From Escherichia phage phiAPCEc03: 64,000 nucleotides of DNA. This document shows positions 1 to 7,641 of the stretch, one piece after another. Location: the sequence record NC_047754.1; one strand, given 5' to 3'. Each line of letters begins with the position of its first letter. The stretch's first letter is position 1. The notes under the pieces are model-generated. The model was given only the letters and a program-made list of their open reading frames with translations, searched no databases and was not told the origin of the DNA. A program made the translations under genes and the position numbers.

Positions 1-74
1 TAAGCCCTGTGTTTCCTGGAGAGCGCAGGGCTTTTCTGTATAATGTATTTATACAACTAACTAGGGGATCAAAT

Positions 75-593
75 ATGACTGTTGATGAACTAACAGAACA
101 TCTCTTATCTAGAGGGTTTGATACAGATAAATATCATTGCTGGTTAAGCCCGGAAGGATGGCTAACAGTCCCATTGTATGATTTCTCTGGGATGTTGAGA
201 GGTTACCAGACTTATAATCCTTCTGCTCCAAAAGGACATGGTAAATCTCCTTTTGAAGCTAAGTATTTTACTTATTCTACTACACAGTGTGTATGGGGGC
301 TGGAAACTCTCAATGGAGATGAAAAAGTAGTATTGGTTGCTGAATCTGTATTTAAGGCAGTTGCGTTACATAATGCTGGTTATACAGCCCTGGCAATGTT
401 GGGTTCTTCTCCAGGAAAAGCGCTATTAAAGCAATTGAAATTACTACCTTTTAAATTGGTAGCTGTCGGGGATAATGATCCTGCGGGTGAAAAATTTGCT
501 AGAAAATTAAACGGCTTTGTTTCTCCTGTAGACGTAGATGAGATGTCTACCGAAAACTTGAAAAATTTTCTTGCTATGAAGCTAAATTTCTAA
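75..593 (+). CDS. Toprim-domain protein (primase-like fold)
   Basis: ORF with GGGG-type RBS before ATG at 75; conserved Glu in VLVAES and DxD motif in VGDNDPAG typical of Toprim domains; ORF frame is open from 9 but 75 has the better RBS. Confidence 0.45.
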   Translation: MTVDELTEHLLSRGFDTDKYHCWLSPEGWLTVPLYDFSGMLRGYQTYNPSAPKGHGKSPFEAKYFTYSTTQCVWGLETLNGDEKVVLVAESVFKAVALHNAGYTALAMLGSSPGKALLKQLKLLPFKLVAVGDNDPAGEKFARKLNGFVSPVDVDEMSTENLKNFLAMKLNF

Positions 594-613
594 TATAATA
601 TATTTATAAATTC

Positions 614-702
614 GGAAGAATAGCATAACGGTATTGCAGCAGATTGCTAATCTGTCGGTTTGAAATATAGCCTTGTGGGTTCGATTCCCACTTCTTCCGC
701 CA
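614..702 (+). tRNA. tRNA-Ser (anticodon GCU), long variable arm, CCA encoded
   Basis: 7-bp acceptor stem GGAAGAA/TTCTTCC, anticodon loop TTGCTAA, T-loop GGTTCGATTCC, 3-prime GCCA. Confidence 0.8.
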
Positions 703-708
703 AATTCT

Positions 709-786
709 GGTTCTCAAGCTCATATGGTATGAGCACCCGGCTCATAACCGGAAGGTACGTAGGTTCGAATCCTCGGGGAGCCACCA
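709..786 (+). tRNA. tRNA-Met/Ile2-type (anticodon CAU)
   Basis: Acceptor GGTTCTC/GGGAGCC pairs with two G-U; D-arm GCTC-ATATGGTAT-GAGC; anticodon loop CTCATAA; T-stem only 3 bp, so moderate confidence. Confidence 0.55.
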
Positions 787-807
787 TCTTGATTAGAGAG
801 GTTACAA

Positions 808-996
808 GTGGAACTATACCTAGTTTGTGTTGTGTTTATTCCAGATAGGGAATACCCGGATGAATATAAAAAAGGATATAGGTTAGCTAGGGCTATCTCT
901 GAAGCTCAGGCTATGGATAAAGTGGCAGATTATATGATTATGGTAGAAAACGTACACTATATCGACTCCCTTGAAGCCTCAAAAGTAATTGAATAA
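808..996 (+). CDS. hypothetical protein (GTG start)
   Basis: 62-aa ORF with AGAGAGG RBS upstream of GTG. Confidence 0.35.
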   Translation: MELYLVCVVFIPDREYPDEYKKGYRLARAISEAQAMDKVADYMIMVENVHYIDSLEASKVIE

Positions 997-1005
997 GGAA
1001 ACTAT

Positions 1006-1191
1006 ATGTCTAAGTTTCAAGAACTCAAGCAAGAGCTAGAAGAATGTGTCTGTCCTGACTGTCTAGGAGTTGGGGAAGCCTCTGATGCAGAAGCAGGAGA
1101 TACTTTTTGCAATATCTGGGTTTGTCCTACATGCAAAGGCACAGGCATTAATCCTACCTGTGGTATTTCTCTAGATATTGAAAGAGGATAA
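1006..1191 (+). CDS. small zinc-ribbon protein
   Basis: 61-aa ORF with two CxxC pairs (CPDC, CPTC). Confidence 0.5.
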   Translation: MSKFQELKQELEECVCPDCLGVGEASDAEAGDTFCNIWVCPTCKGTGINPTCGISLDIERG

Positions 1192-1291
1192 TACCTGTGA
1201 AACTAAAAGATTATTATATTGGTTGGTTTGTGGGACTAGTAGTAGGATTTTCACTAGGCTATAATATGTATCAACTAATAAACTGATTACA

Positions 1292-1369
1292 TGGGGGTGT
1301 AATCGAATTGGCATACATACCGTCCTTAAAATTCAGGTTTTGAGGGTTCGAATCCCTTGTCACGCACCA
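1292..1369 (+). pseudogene. degenerate tRNA-like element (no pairing acceptor stem)
   Basis: Canonical T-arm GAGGG-TTCGAAT-CCCTT and 3-prime ACCA; D-arm segment AATCGAATTGGC shared with the tRNA at 1482; no complementary 5-prime acceptor strand found. Confidence 0.3.
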
Positions 1370-1379
1370 AATTTGATGG

Positions 1380-1445
1380 TCAGAGTAAACTAAACCTACT
1401 ATCTCGGTTGAGCTGTTTTAATGGGTTCGAATCCCAGCGAGGCGT
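1380..1445 (+). pseudogene. degenerate tRNA-like element
   Basis: T-arm TGGG-TTCGAAT-CCCA present but no acceptor stem and no CCA. Confidence 0.25.
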
Positions 1446-1481
1446 AACTGCCTGGTGTGATAGAGGCATCATCTTATTATT

Positions 1482-1572
1482 GGAAGAGCAAATCGAATTG
1501 GCGACGAAAACCGCTTGGAAAGTGGCTGACTGGTAAAACGGCTTGAGAGTTCAAATCTCTCCTCTTCCGCCA
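1482..1572 (+). tRNA. class II tRNA, probably tRNA-Ser (anticodon GGA)
   Basis: Perfect acceptor GGAAGAG/CTCTTCC, perfect T-arm GAGAG-TTCAAAT-CTCTC, CCA encoded; anticodon loop TTGGAAA; D-arm and variable arm parse imperfectly. Confidence 0.55.
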
Positions 1573-1579
1573 AACAAAT

Positions 1580-1669
1580 GGAAGGTAGGGCGTAGTGGTA
1601 CGCAACTAGTCTTGAAAACTAGCCCGCTGTAGTGATACGGTGATGGTTCGACTCCATTACCTTCCTCCA
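1580..1669 (+). tRNA. tRNA-Ser (anticodon UGA), long variable arm
   Basis: Acceptor GGAAGGT/ACCTTCC, anticodon stem CTAGT/ACTAG with loop CTTGAAA, T-loop GGTTCGACTCC, CCA encoded. Confidence 0.85.
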
Positions 1670-1687
1670 ACTTATAAGGAAAACCTT

Positions 1688-1891
1688 ATGAAACATATTG
1701 TTAAGTATACTGAAAGTGAACGTGGGTGGGGCGGTGAAATCTGGTATCGTGGCTTTGATTCTGAAGAAGAAGCTAGAGCTGAGGTTCATGATACTAATAA
1801 AAATCTGCCAAAAGATCATGTACCAGACTACTATATTCAGGCTAAGTATGACGGTGTTAAAGATAAGGTTCCTGAAGGCTATAAGTTTTAA
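1688..1891 (+). CDS. hypothetical protein
   Basis: ORF starting MKHIVKY with AAGGAAA RBS; the upstream part of the listed ORF overlaps the tRNA. Confidence 0.5.
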   Translation: MKHIVKYTESERGWGGEIWYRGFDSEEEARAEVHDTNKNLPKDHVPDYYIQAKYDGVKDKVPEGYKF

Positions 1892-1899
1892 ATAATTCT

Positions 1900-2030
1900 T
1901 GGAATATGCCGGAATTGGTAGACGGGACTGCCGAATAGGTTTACTAGGAACATCCACTCCTAGAAATATACCTTAAAAGCGGTTGAGTTAAATGGTCTAA
2001 CTCATGAAGGTTCAAGTCCTTCTATTCCTT
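1900..2030 (+). ncRNA. tRNA-like structured element (oversized, about 130 nt)
   Basis: D-loop-like AATTGGTAGA near the 5-prime end, perfect T-arm GAAGG-TTCAAGT-CCTTC near the 3-prime end, acceptor-like pairing GGAATA/TATTCC, but 80 nt of extra sequence with two hairpins in between and no CCA. Confidence 0.3.
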
Positions 2031-2259
2031 GATACATCAATGGCTCAAAGTGTAACGGTGCTATTTGATGCTCTTGGAAAGACTTTCCCGACAGGCGTTC
2101 GGGGGTAAGCTTCTGAGGCTAGAATAGAAGAGTTTCTGAGAGCCGCCACAATTGAAAATTCGTACTCGTCTTGAGCTGCGTGCAATAGGGGATAACTTGA
2201 TTAGTATTCTAGAACATGCTAATTGAGGATGGTTTCGCTAACCCTGCGAGTTTTCAATT

Positions 2260-2336
2260 GTGGCTATATCATAATTGGTTAATGATCCTGATTGTGAATC
2301 AGGCCTATGTGGATTCGAATTCCACTAGCCACCCCA
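2260..2336 (+). tRNA. tRNA-His (anticodon GUG)
   Basis: Acceptor GTGGCTA/TAGCCAC, D-arm TCAT-AATTGGTTA-ATGA, anticodon arm CCTGA-TTGTGAA-TCAGG, T-arm GTGGA-TTCGAAT-TCCAC, CCA encoded. Confidence 0.85.
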
Positions 2337-2361
2337 AATTAATTTAAATAGGAAATAAAAT

Positions 2362-2535
2362 ATGGCTGATTTCTGCAAACAATGCTCCATTGATATGTGG
2401 GGCAGAGATACTGGTGACTTAGCTGGTCTGATTACAGAAGCCGAAGTCAAAGAAGGTTATGGTGCAGTTGTGGTTTGCGAAGGATGCGGAGTCATTCGAG
2501 TAGATCATGAAGGTAAGCGCCTTGAAGAAGGTTAG
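2362..2535 (+). CDS. small zinc-ribbon protein (57 aa)
   Basis: ORF MADFCKQCS...CEGCG with two CxxC pairs; below the 60-aa cutoff of the ORF track. Confidence 0.4.
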   Translation: MADFCKQCSIDMWGRDTGDLAGLITEAEVKEGYGAVVVCEGCGVIRVDHEGKRLEEG

Positions 2536-2601
2536 CCAAGTCGGTTAAGGCTGGGGTCTCTGAAATCCTGATCAGTGGTTCAAATCCACTACCTTCTGCC
2601 A
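2526..2601 (+). tRNA. tRNA-Gln (anticodon CUG)
   Basis: Acceptor AGAAGGT/ACCTTCT, anticodon loop CTCTGAA, T-arm AGTGG-TTCAAAT-CCACT, CCA encoded. Confidence 0.7.
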
Positions 2602-2606
2602 AACAA

Positions 2607-2684
2607 TTGGGATTAGCTTAGCTTGGCCTAAAGCTTCGGCCTTTGAAGTCGAGATCATTGGTTCAAATCCAATATCCCCTGCCA
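2607..2684 (+). tRNA. tRNA-Gln (anticodon UUG), imperfect acceptor stem
   Basis: Anticodon arm TCGGC-CTTTGAA-GTCGA, T-arm ATTGG-TTCAAAT-CCAAT, CCA encoded; only 5 of 7 acceptor pairs form. Confidence 0.5.
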
Positions 2685-2691
2685 AATAATC

Positions 2692-2767
2692 GCGGTTAAG
2701 CACACGGGTTGTGTCGCAGGCCTTCCAAGCCTCGCTGAGTAGGGTTCGATTCCCTCTAGCCGCTCCA
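2692..2767 (+). tRNA. tRNA-Gly (anticodon UCC), tentative
   Basis: Acceptor GCGGTTA/TAGCCGC with one G-U, anticodon loop CTTCCAA, T-loop GGGTTCGATTCCC, CCA encoded. Confidence 0.6.
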
Positions 2768-2783
2768 ACTTTAAGGGAACACT

Positions 2784-3035
2784 ATGCACGTTTTTGAGTT
2801 TCGTAATAAAAGTACTGATAAGCGAGTTATCATTATTGGAGAAACATATCGAGCATATGAACAAACTGACGGCTCTGTTATCTTGAATGATGAGAAAGGA
2901 GGTTTTAGCTTTTATCCAGAAGAACCTTATGAAGAGTTTCGAAAACAATTTAACCTAGACTGGAGAAAGCATTTAAACACTGTTGCTCCATCTGTAGTAT
3001 TGCCAACTACCAGTACTGTACCCTCTAATGGCTGA
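2784..3035 (+). CDS. hypothetical protein
   Basis: 83-aa ORF with GGGAAC RBS-like sequence. Confidence 0.5.
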   Translation: MHVFEFRNKSTDKRVIIIGETYRAYEQTDGSVILNDEKGGFSFYPEEPYEEFRKQFNLDWRKHLNTVAPSVVLPTTSTVPSNG

Positions 3036-3192
3036 CAACCTAAAAGTAAAGATTGATAAACAAAAGAAACGTGTAGAAGTAGAGATTGGCGAAGAACGTG
3101 TTGCCTTTACTTTCGAGTTTCTTCAGCAGTTGGCTATGACAGTTATGACTGATAAGTCTCCTGTTATTGAAAAAGAAATCCCGTTGAAATAA
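3028..3192 (+). CDS. hypothetical small protein (54 aa)
   Basis: ATG overlaps the previous stop; ORF MADNLKVKIDKQ ends immediately before the next tRNA. Confidence 0.35.
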   Translation: MADNLKVKIDKQKKRVEVEIGEERVAFTFEFLQQLAMTVMTDKSPVIEKEIPLK

Positions 3193-3200
3193 CGGGTTCT

Positions 3201-3287
3201 GCTGGGTTGGCAGAATGGTTGAATGCACCTGATTTGTAATCAGGAGGAGTAATCCCGTTGCAGGTTCGAATCCTGTGCCCAGCACCA
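3201..3287 (+). tRNA. tRNA with anticodon UGU (Thr by anticodon) and an atypical long variable region
   Basis: Acceptor GCTGGGT/GCCCAGC, perfect anticodon arm CCTGA-TTTGTAA-TCAGG, T-arm GCAGG-TTCGAAT-CCTGT, CCA encoded; 15-nt variable region is unusual for Thr. Confidence 0.55.
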
Positions 3288-3301
3288 ATTTAAGGACTAT
3301 T

Positions 3302-3469
3302 ATGTTTAAACTGTTAGTAGTTATCTGGTATAGTCAATCAAATAGAGCGAATACCTCCCACGTTATAGACTTTAATACTAAAAATGAAGCTGAAAAAGCA
3401 TATGCTAATTTAATAGAACGCAATAAAGAATCTCGTAGTATAGTTTATGAAGTGACTAAACTTTATTAA
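3302..3469 (+). CDS. hypothetical protein
   Basis: ORF MFKLLVVIWY with AAGGA RBS; upstream part of the listed ORF overlaps the tRNA. Confidence 0.45.
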   Translation: MFKLLVVIWYSQSNRANTSHVIDFNTKNEAEKAYANLIERNKESRSIVYEVTKLY

Positions 3470-3477
3470 AAATTCAT

Positions 3478-3530
3478 TTGCTTTCTCTCTTATATTCTTG
3501 TTATAATATTTATATAAATTAATGAGAGGG
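3478..3530 (+). promoter_or_regulatory. T5-type early sigma70 promoter
   Basis: -35 TTGCTT, 18-bp spacer, -10 TATAAT, then conserved TATAAATTAATGAGAGGG box before the ATG at 3538. Confidence 0.6.
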
Positions 3531-3537
3531 AAACCAA

Positions 3538-3831
3538 ATGAAACGTTATCTTTCTGTTGTGTTCCAAACTGGTGGTCAACGCTATACCTATGAATTTCCT
3601 AGCTCTTGGAAGATCAAAGAAGGTGATCAAGTTGTTGTGTTAACACCGCGTGATGGGTACAAGGTAGTAACGGTTAAGCAAGTCTTCACAAAAGATTATG
3701 AACCGTCTAAGTCTATTAACTATAAGATGATTCATGGTGTAGTTCGTCAAGTACCACGAGCGGAAGTCGAAATCAAAGTAGATAAAGATGGTAAACTTAA
3801 ATATACCTCTTGCTTAGACGAGTTGCTATAA
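3538..3831 (+). CDS. hypothetical protein
   Basis: 97-aa ORF downstream of the promoter. Confidence 0.6.
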   Translation: MKRYLSVVFQTGGQRYTYEFPSSWKIKEGDQVVVLTPRDGYKVVTVKQVFTKDYEPSKSINYKMIHGVVRQVPRAEVEIKVDKDGKLKYTSCLDELL

Positions 3832-4037
3832 TGAGGATTACTTTCACAGAAAAGATCATGAGTAACGGTGTTATGATCATTACCGCATGGGATGGTAATC
3901 AGTGGTGTAGTGTTTCAGGTATTAAGCCTGAAGAACAAACACTAGAAAATATCTCAAAGATTAAGCGAAGAATGGCAGAACGTGCACGACTTCCAGGTGC
4001 ACCTAGAAATGGCAAACGTTCTGCTGTAAAATGTTAA
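3831..4037 (+). CDS. hypothetical protein
   Basis: ORF MRITFTEK; start overlaps the upstream stop (TAATG). Confidence 0.45.
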   Translation: MRITFTEKIMSNGVMIITAWDGNQWCSVSGIKPEEQTLENISKIKRRMAERARLPGAPRNGKRSAVKC

Positions 4038-4038
4038 T

Positions 4039-4115
4039 GCTTCGGTAGCTTAGCGATCTAAAGCACTCGGCTGATAACCGAGAGATCGGGGGTTTAAATC
4101 CCTCCCGGAGTACCA
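4039..4115 (+). tRNA. tRNA-Ile (anticodon GAU)
   Basis: Acceptor GCTTCGG/CCGGAGT with G-U pairs, perfect anticodon arm CTCGG-CTGATAA-CCGAG, T-arm GGGGG-TTTAAAT-CCCTC, CCA encoded. Confidence 0.8.
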
Positions 4116-4211
4116 AATTTAGGAATTAAGACTATGCGTCCAGGAAAGTTTAAAAAAGCTAATTGGTCTAAAGAGTATAAAGAATACTTACTTAGTCTAA
4201 TAAAACATAAT

Positions 4212-4287
4212 AGTTAGTTGGCAGAGTGGTTATGCACCTCCTTCATACGGAGCGACTACAGTGGTTCAAATCCACTACTAACTACCA
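4212..4287 (+). tRNA. tRNA-Met/Ile2-type (anticodon CAU)
   Basis: Acceptor AGTTAGT/ACTAACT, anticodon loop TTCATAC, T-arm AGTGG-TTCAAAT-CCACT, CCA encoded. Confidence 0.7.
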
Positions 4288-4324
4288 TTAAAAGAGCTAG
4301 AGATAGCTAAATATAGGAGCAATT

Positions 4325-4519
4325 ATGTTAACAGTTAAAATAATGTCCACTGATGGTGGTGAGCAGATTCATGTTGGTAAAAGCGTAGGGTTTAATCCCA
4401 GAAATAAAAGCATAGCTATTTCTGGAATAGATCAAGCAATCTTCTTAAAAGAAGATGAAGTAGCATACGTTATGAACCAAACTGGTAAGACAGTTTCTGT
4501 ATATCGTGGTAAACTATAA
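4325..4519 (+). CDS. hypothetical protein
   Basis: 64-aa ORF with GGAG RBS. Confidence 0.5.
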   Translation: MLTVKIMSTDGGEQIHVGKSVGFNPRNKSIAISGIDQAIFLKEDEVAYVMNQTGKTVSVYRGKL

Positions 4520-4561
4520 AGAATAAAGAGCTGAGCCAATTTCTAACATCGTGGAGATCTA

Positions 4562-4930
4562 ATGAAAGCATATCAAAATCTTAAATCTGGCGTAATTAAC
4601 CTTGTTCATGAAAATCAGATTATTCAGCTATACTCCGACAACGGCGAACTTAAGCAGAAAGTTCTAGTTGAAGATCTAGAAGGTATCACACCACAATTCG
4701 ATCCCGAAGCCTTCCGTGAGGTCAAAGTGGAAGTCGCCCCTCAAATCGAAGGTGGTCAACACCTAAACGTCAATGTGTTAAGCCGTGATCAGCTTTTGGA
4801 TGCGCAGAAACATCCTGAAAAATACCCTCAGTTGACCATCCGTGTCTCTGGCTACGCTGTTCGATTTAATGCACTGACTCGTGAACAACAGAACGACGTT
4901 ATTAGTCGTACATTTACTCAGGCGATGTAA
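4562..4930 (+). CDS. hypothetical protein
   Basis: 122-aa ORF with GGAGA RBS. Confidence 0.55.
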   Translation: MKAYQNLKSGVINLVHENQIIQLYSDNGELKQKVLVEDLEGITPQFDPEAFREVKVEVAPQIEGGQHLNVNVLSRDQLLDAQKHPEKYPQLTIRVSGYAVRFNALTREQQNDVISRTFTQAM

Positions 4931-5011
4931 TGGGGTTTGGATACGATTTCTCCCAGCTACGCAAGGTAGTCGAGCAAACTCCGTTTATCTCCCAAGTTTT
5001 AGGAGAAATGT

Positions 5012-5326
5012 GTGGATCGAGCATTAAGACGTCATCACCGGCAACGTGTGAAGAACAACCGCAAGAAGTACTGGACAGCCTTTCCACATGAAGAAAGCCC
5101 TAAGCGGTTAGGTATTATCACTACTACTCCTTGCATCTGTTCTTGTTGGATGTGTGGTAACCCTCGCAAGTACTATAAGAATAGTAAAGCAGGCATGAAG
5201 ACCTCGGAGATCAGGAAAATGGAAGCGATGATTATGGGCATCTCAAATGATGAATTTGATGGCTTTGTAGGGTTCGGAGAAGGAATCAGCTCAGGCTGTT
5301 TCGAAGATGAACGCCCCGATCTGTAA
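5012..5326 (+). CDS. hypothetical basic protein with Cys cluster (GTG start)
   Basis: AGGAG RBS 6 nt before GTG; arginine-rich N-terminus and CxCxC/CxxC cysteines. Confidence 0.45.
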   Translation: MDRALRRHHRQRVKNNRKKYWTAFPHEESPKRLGIITTTPCICSCWMCGNPRKYYKNSKAGMKTSEIRKMEAMIMGISNDEFDGFVGFGEGISSGCFEDERPDL

Positions 5327-5447
5327 TTAATAACAAACCCCAGCTATTGAATAAGTAGTCTGTGGTTTTTCTGTATACAGGAAAATAGTTTATGTATAAT
5401 AAAATTCATCCACATTAGGTTAATTTAAAAGACTTAATGGAGGTAAT

Positions 5448-5795
5448 ATGAGCCGTACTTATCGTAGACAATCTGGTGATCAGTGGTGGAAGTCTAAAGA
5501 ACAATTCTCTCAAGAATATTCTTTCCTCAAAGAAAATGGCTACTGGATTCGTGTTATTTATGCCAAATCCTGGGACGACATCAAAAAAGAAATGAAGGAA
5601 GCAACCATTCGTAATGAGAAAAAGGATGGTTATAACTGGAATTCCATTAGTAAGAATGTTAAGTGGCACTCTAATAAAATGGTTCGTCAAGGGAATCGTC
5701 AAGAACTTCACCGCGTGATGAAAGATCCAGAAAATTACGACTATAATCGCGATCATGACATGCGTAAGCGTGGGTTATGGTGGTGCTATGACTAA
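5448..5795 (+). CDS. hypothetical protein
   Basis: 115-aa ORF with GGAGG RBS. Confidence 0.6.
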   Translation: MSRTYRRQSGDQWWKSKEQFSQEYSFLKENGYWIRVIYAKSWDDIKKEMKEATIRNEKKDGYNWNSISKNVKWHSNKMVRQGNRQELHRVMKDPENYDYNRDHDMRKRGLWWCYD

Positions 5796-5812
5796 ATTCT
5801 GAAATAATTCAT

Positions 5813-5865
5813 TTGCTAAACCTCTCTTTTCTTGCTATAATATATTTATAAATTGATGAGAGAGG
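5813..5865 (+). promoter_or_regulatory. T5-type early sigma70 promoter
   Basis: -35 TTGCTA, 17-bp spacer, -10 TATAAT, then ATAAATTGATGAGAGAGG box. Confidence 0.6.
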
Positions 5866-5871
5866 TTTGAA

Positions 5872-6153
5872 ATGAAAAATCGCCTAGACTGTGCCATTCA
5901 TGTTCTTGAACATGATGTTGCGGGAACCTGTATGTCTTACCACGAAGCAGGTCGTTTAATTAAAGAACGTGTGGCAGATGTGTGCGGATTGAAGATTACT
6001 GCTGAGGAAGCGGATGATCTTTTAGGTCAAGCACTGGAGAAAACCGAAATGTTCCTCTGCGATTCTTGTTCTTGGTGGTGTGAAGCTCACGAACGTTCTT
6101 TCAACGATTATGATGTATGTCGTGATTGTAGTGGGGAGGATGAAGATGAATAA
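5872..6153 (+). CDS. hypothetical Cys-rich protein
   Basis: 93-aa ORF downstream of the promoter; CDSCSWWC and CRDCS motifs. Confidence 0.55.
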   Translation: MKNRLDCAIHVLEHDVAGTCMSYHEAGRLIKERVADVCGLKITAEEADDLLGQALEKTEMFLCDSCSWWCEAHERSFNDYDVCRDCSGEDEDE

Positions 6154-6442
6154 GTTTATTATTGCACTGATGATCTCCGCAGTTAGTTTCGGTTCTCTGG
6201 CGTCTACCAAAGTTTCTATGAAAAATGGTAATGTTAAAGTCCAACAGAGCGGCATTATTACCGAGTATGGTAAAGTTCGTGATGTTAAAGAACGTAATGG
6301 TAAGGTAGAAATCTATACTAATAAAAACTTCTCTACTCCAGCCGTTACTATTAGCAAACGCGGTGAAATAACCACTCAACGTACTAATAGCTCCAGTTCT
6401 TTTACTTGTCGTTATGATTGCGACTTTGAAGGAGAAGAGTAA
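6146..6442 (+). CDS. secreted protein with signal peptide
   Basis: GGAGGA RBS; N-terminus MNKFIIALMISAVSFGSLAS is signal-peptide-like. Confidence 0.5.
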   Translation: MNKFIIALMISAVSFGSLASTKVSMKNGNVKVQQSGIITEYGKVRDVKERNGKVEIYTNKNFSTPAVTISKRGEITTQRTNSSSSFTCRYDCDFEGEE

Positions 6443-6443
6443 C

Positions 6444-6752
6444 ATGGAAAAGAACGTGAAAAGACTAAACATCAATAGCACGGTGCAGATTCCAGCAACT
6501 AAGGATGTTTTAACATTCCTACGAAGTGAAAACGCTCAGTTTTGGCATGATCATGTTGTAAAGAACGGTAGTATTCCAGATGTAGTTGCCTTTGCCAAAA
6601 AACGTATCGAAGAATATAAAGATCCAGAGATTAAAGATGGGATGATCACTATGCAATTGTGGGTAGCCATGAATACGTTTGGACCTACTATGAGTCTAGG
6701 GGTTACTCCACTATTTACTAATATTCTAATTAATGAAAAGGATCTAAAATGA
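6444..6752 (+). CDS. hypothetical protein
   Basis: ORF MEKNVKRL with GGAGAAG RBS. Confidence 0.5.
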   Translation: MEKNVKRLNINSTVQIPATKDVLTFLRSENAQFWHDHVVKNGSIPDVVAFAKKRIEEYKDPEIKDGMITMQLWVAMNTFGPTMSLGVTPLFTNILINEKDLK

Positions 6753-7033
6753 TTATCTCTCCCTTTGCTCTTTGGTTCGTCATTGGATCTATAGTAGCTA
6801 TTTACAGCTTGGTTGATGATCTGTATATTTCTAAGAATAAAGATGTAATATTATACGTTATACATAAAACTCGACCGTTAGATCTGCCTCCTCTTGATGA
6901 TAAAACATTACTCAGATGTGCTAGATCTATGATATTTATTGTGGATATTCTTCTAGGCCCAACATCTGTGTTTTTCTTTTATAGAAAGACTCGTAATATG
7001 AAAAAATTTAAAGCTGAAATGCAGAATACCTAA
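6749..7033 (+). CDS. membrane protein
   Basis: 94-aa ORF with hydrophobic segments; ATGA overlap with the upstream gene. Confidence 0.5.
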   Translation: MIISPFALWFVIGSIVAIYSLVDDLYISKNKDVILYVIHKTRPLDLPPLDDKTLLRCARSMIFIVDILLGPTSVFFFYRKTRNMKKFKAEMQNT

Positions 7034-7142
7034 AGAACTCGCGTAGGACCGAGTTGCGTCACCTGCAACTGTTACGGATAAGGGAGTCGTGCCCCTTAGT
7101 GCGGTAAGTGGTGAGGTGGCTCTAGCCCTAACTGGAGATAAT

Positions 7143-7487
7143 ATGACTATATTACTAATTCTTGTTACAACTTGGTTTTTAATCGGTGCTGTATATGCGA
7201 TAGCTATTATTAGACATTTGGACGAATACTCTGCTGAATGGTTTGTTAAGTATCTACGTATTGATGATCAAGAACATGAGTTTAAAGATGAAAGACAGAA
7301 AAAAGCAGTAAATAATATGACAGCCAAAGAATGCTTGTTCTACATGCGTATTGTAGGGTTCTTTGGACTATTAGTTGCTGGCCCAATTGGTTCTACCATT
7401 GCTCCATATAAAGAAACAGTTGCTGACATCAAATTGTGGAGAAATGCAGGGGTACTACGCAAAGCTAGAGAAACTAGTATTACATAA
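7143..7487 (+). CDS. membrane protein
   Basis: ORF MTILLILVTTWFLIGAVYAIAII with GGAGA RBS. Confidence 0.5.
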   Translation: MTILLILVTTWFLIGAVYAIAIIRHLDEYSAEWFVKYLRIDDQEHEFKDERQKKAVNNMTAKECLFYMRIVGFFGLLVAGPIGSTIAPYKETVADIKLWRNAGVLRKARETSIT

Positions 7488-7532
7488 GATTGACACTAAG
7501 TCAACTTACTAGCAAAAGCAAATAATGACAAA

Positions 7533-7568
7533 GCCCAGCCTGCACTTTTGCGACTGGGCTATTTTTAT
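7533..7568 (+). terminator. rho-independent terminator
   Basis: GC-rich hairpin GCCCAG...CTGGGC followed by a T-tract. Confidence 0.6.
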
Positions 7569-7581
7569 AATAAAATTTTAG

Positions 7582-7634
7582 TTGCTTAGATGCCCAAACT
7601 TTTATATAATATGTTTATAGATTGAGGCAAGAGG
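7582..7634 (+). promoter_or_regulatory. T5-type early sigma70 promoter
   Basis: -35 TTGCTT, 17-bp spacer, -10 TATAAT, downstream GATTGAGGCAAGAGG. Confidence 0.6.
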
Positions 7635-7641
7635 ATTAAAT

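Noticed and set aside
9-74. N-terminal extension of the first ORF (start at 9)
   Set aside because: No RBS before position 9, whereas a good RBS precedes the ATG at 75; the upstream in-frame region is probably untranslated.
660-848. 62-aa ORF overlapping two tRNA genes
   Set aside because: Lies entirely within tRNA-Ser and the Met-type tRNA on the same strand; the tRNA folds explain the sequence better than a coding role.
1619-1957. 112-aa minus-strand ORF
   Set aside because: Antisense to tRNA-Ser (UGA) and to the plus-strand CDS at 1688-1891; hydrophobic low-complexity translation typical of antisense AT-rich DNA.
4134-4217. 27-codon ORF between tRNA-Ile and the Met-type tRNA
   Set aside because: Very short and overlaps the 5-prime end of the following tRNA; cannot be supported without expression data.
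6022-6481. Minus-strand ORFs of 77 and 126 aa
   Set aside because: Antisense to two well-supported plus-strand genes with RBS and signal peptide; no start context.
7034-7142. Possible tRNA or small RNA between two membrane-protein genes
   Set aside because: Contains a hairpin but no T-arm, D-arm or acceptor pairing; insufficient evidence for an RNA gene.
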